The notes beneath the pieces are model-generated. The model was not told the DNA's origin, made no database searches, and worked only from the letters and a program-made list of their open reading frames with translations. From Blepharisma stoltei ATCC 30299 (lineage: Eukaryota; Protista; Ciliophora), in assembly GCA_965603825.1 (NCBI GenBank), contig CBFDEM010000018.1:1-64000 (forward strand): a DNA stretch of 64,000 nt, in the 5' to 3' direction. Below are positions 61,765 through 64,000 of this stretch, piece by piece. Each line of letters opens with the position of its first letter. The stretch's first letter is position 1. A program made the position numbers and the translations under genes.

Positions 61765-63957
61765 ATGGAAAGAGTTGACAGCAGCACAGATGCCTCTCCC
61801 AAAAACTTCCCATGGTGTGACTATCAGCCTCTCCTTCTTAACAAAACTGTTACTAATCGTCACGGAAAGGGAACTAAAGTTAAGCGAGGCCTGGAATCTG
61901 TTAATGGTTTCAGGCTTATCGACCCAGAGTTAAAAGAGATCGGGATTTTGGAAAAATCGAAATCAATGTCCCCTCATTTTAGAGGCTGCGACTTATTGAT
62001 AGGAATTTTTATCCAGTCTGAAGGAGAGCCAGACTTTTCTAAAACCCTTAAGGCAGTCATTACTAATATTGAGTATTTCCTTGAAAATAATCACTCAGTC
62101 GTAGTTGTAGCGATACTAGATGGACTTACAAAAACAGTCAATGAGAAATCCAAGAAAAAGATTTCACAAAATGAGGTAACCCAAATAGGGCTTAAGCCTT
62201 ATTCAAGTTATTTTGAAATTGGAAAAATCGCAGATAAATTTCATTTCGACACTACTCCAAATGAAAATTCAGCTAATTATATATCAAATTATAGTGGGAA
62301 AAAAGATGAAGATGAGATTGCTCATGCTTTTATGCATTCTAACTGAAAAATGGAAACAAATCAGAAGTATCCAATAGATTTTATATTTTGTATAAAGGAA
62401 AGAGAGGCTGGGAAACTCAACTCTCATTTGTGGTTTTTTGGAGGGTTTTGCCAACATATTAATCCCCGGTATGTAATTTTGCTAGATGCAGGCATCAAGC
62501 CTTCAAAAAATTCTCTTAAGTATCTTTATATTGCGATGAGGAATGATGAAAATATAGCAGGGTGCACAGGAGAAATGAAACCAAAAGCGAGCAGCTGTAA
62601 CAAGCTCTTTGAGTATGCCCAGAGGTCAGACTACAAATTTATTTATATGTTTGACAAAGGCTTAGAAAGTGTTTTTGGTTACATTTCAAGTCTCCCCAGC
62701 AATTTTAGCGCATATCGATGGGGGCCACTCAATATGAAAATTTTGCTTGAGTCTCATTTTAAATCCATTTGTAACCCTAACGAAATTGATTTTATGAACT
62801 CTAATGTCTATTTATCTGAAGATCGCCTACTCAGCTTGTCTCTTTTTGTGCAAGAAGATAAAAAATACATTTTAAGGTACGTGAAAAGATCAAAGGCCAC
62901 AGTAAATGTGTCTAATAAAGTGTACAAAATAATGATACAAAGGAGAAGGTGAATCAATGGAACATGATTCATTCTTCTTGAGTCAATTAAAAAGACAGGC
63001 TTTGTCATTAAATGCAAAACTGCACACTCCCCTTTAAGAAGATTCTTATTTTTAATACAAATGTTTTTGTATTTAACCAATTTCTTTTTTTCTTGGCTTA
63101 TCATTGGGTTTTTTGCTGTATTTTTATTAGGCGGGACTCATAAATTGAATTTGGATATGTATGTGCTGAATATATTGATGATCATATATGGGCTTCTGCT
63201 GTTTTATGTTTTAATCATATCTCTTGGGGTCTCTCCAAGAAAGCTAAAAAAGGTTGATACGTCGCTGACACTTGTTGCTTTTATTTTATTTCTAGTTTCA
63301 GTTGTAAGCTGTGTAGTTATTGGAATATTTTGATTGAGAGATAGTCAAGGGTCAGAACAAGTATATATATATTCATTACTAGTAGTTGGGATCTTATTTA
63401 TCTTAAATATTATGTTCTATTTAGAAGTTTTTATCAGTATGTTCCATTATCTTGCATTGATACCTATCTTAGTCAATATATGCATGATATATGCAATTTG
63501 CAATCTTCATGATTGTTCATATGATCCTCAAAAAATGACATTCGATGAGGAAAAAAGAATGAGGAAATTCCAGACTTTTCGGTCTTTTTGGACATTGATA
63601 TGAATTGCGTCGAATGGAATCTTCACGTATTTTATGTTTATTATGATAGAAAAAGAAATCGGCACAGTTTTAATTACAGTTAGCATGATTGGGATGATTA
63701 ATTTGTGTGTGAGGTTTTCTGGAGGGCTGGGTTATCATATTCAGGAATGATTGCTTGATAAGAAATGCTCAGAAAATTATCCAACTGAAATTAATTCTGA
63801 CCCTCCTCTGATAGAGCCTGATTCTAATTTGCCAGATTTAGACAAAGAAGAGGACTCTCACGAAAATGATAGGTTTCGAATATCTAATCCTGTTGCTTTT
63901 AGGCCAAGTGAACTTCGAGAGCATCAAGCTTCCTTTAGAAATTATGATCGAATTTAA
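61765..63957 (+). CDS. CHS: Chitin synthase-like glycosyltransferase (GT2), 730 aa (TGA=Trp)
   Basis: Five ORF fragments share one frame; DG, KE..AGKLNSHLW, LLDAG, LESVFGYI, FSAYRW, YLSEDRLL, QRRR-W(TGA), C-terminal TMs. Confidence 0.92.
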
Positions 63958-64000
63958 ATAGTTTTGCATTTAGGACCTAGTATAATTAATTTTCTGAATT

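Overview
Telomere-proximal 64 kb of a heterotrich ciliate macronuclear chromosome, most likely Blepharisma. Three signs support this: ~3 kb of CCCTAACA telomere, TGA read as Trp (the ORF track is fragmented at in-frame TGAs, including the chitin-synthase QRRRW Trp), and 15-16 nt GT..AG introns. The first ~32 kb is a turnover zone. It holds a cluster of modular genes that combine a Cys/His (B-box-like) N-terminus or a kinase with kelch-like and/or highly homogenised TPR arrays, a calpain, a PAS-domain multi-pass membrane gene, duplicated membrane and coiled-coil genes, and many pseudogene fragments. 32-64 kb is gene-dense and largely housekeeping: eEF2, C2H2 pair, cNMP-binding protein, RPL34, WGR-SAM protein, LITAF, HSP70 with a perfect HSE, PP1, RPS15A, aldolase, His-rich secretory peptide and chitin synthase. 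It is interrupted by an inverted ~3.6 kb copy of 25.3-28.9 kb that carries a 500-bp insertion bounded by a 5-bp direct repeat. All calls come from reading the sequence by eye; no database searches were run.
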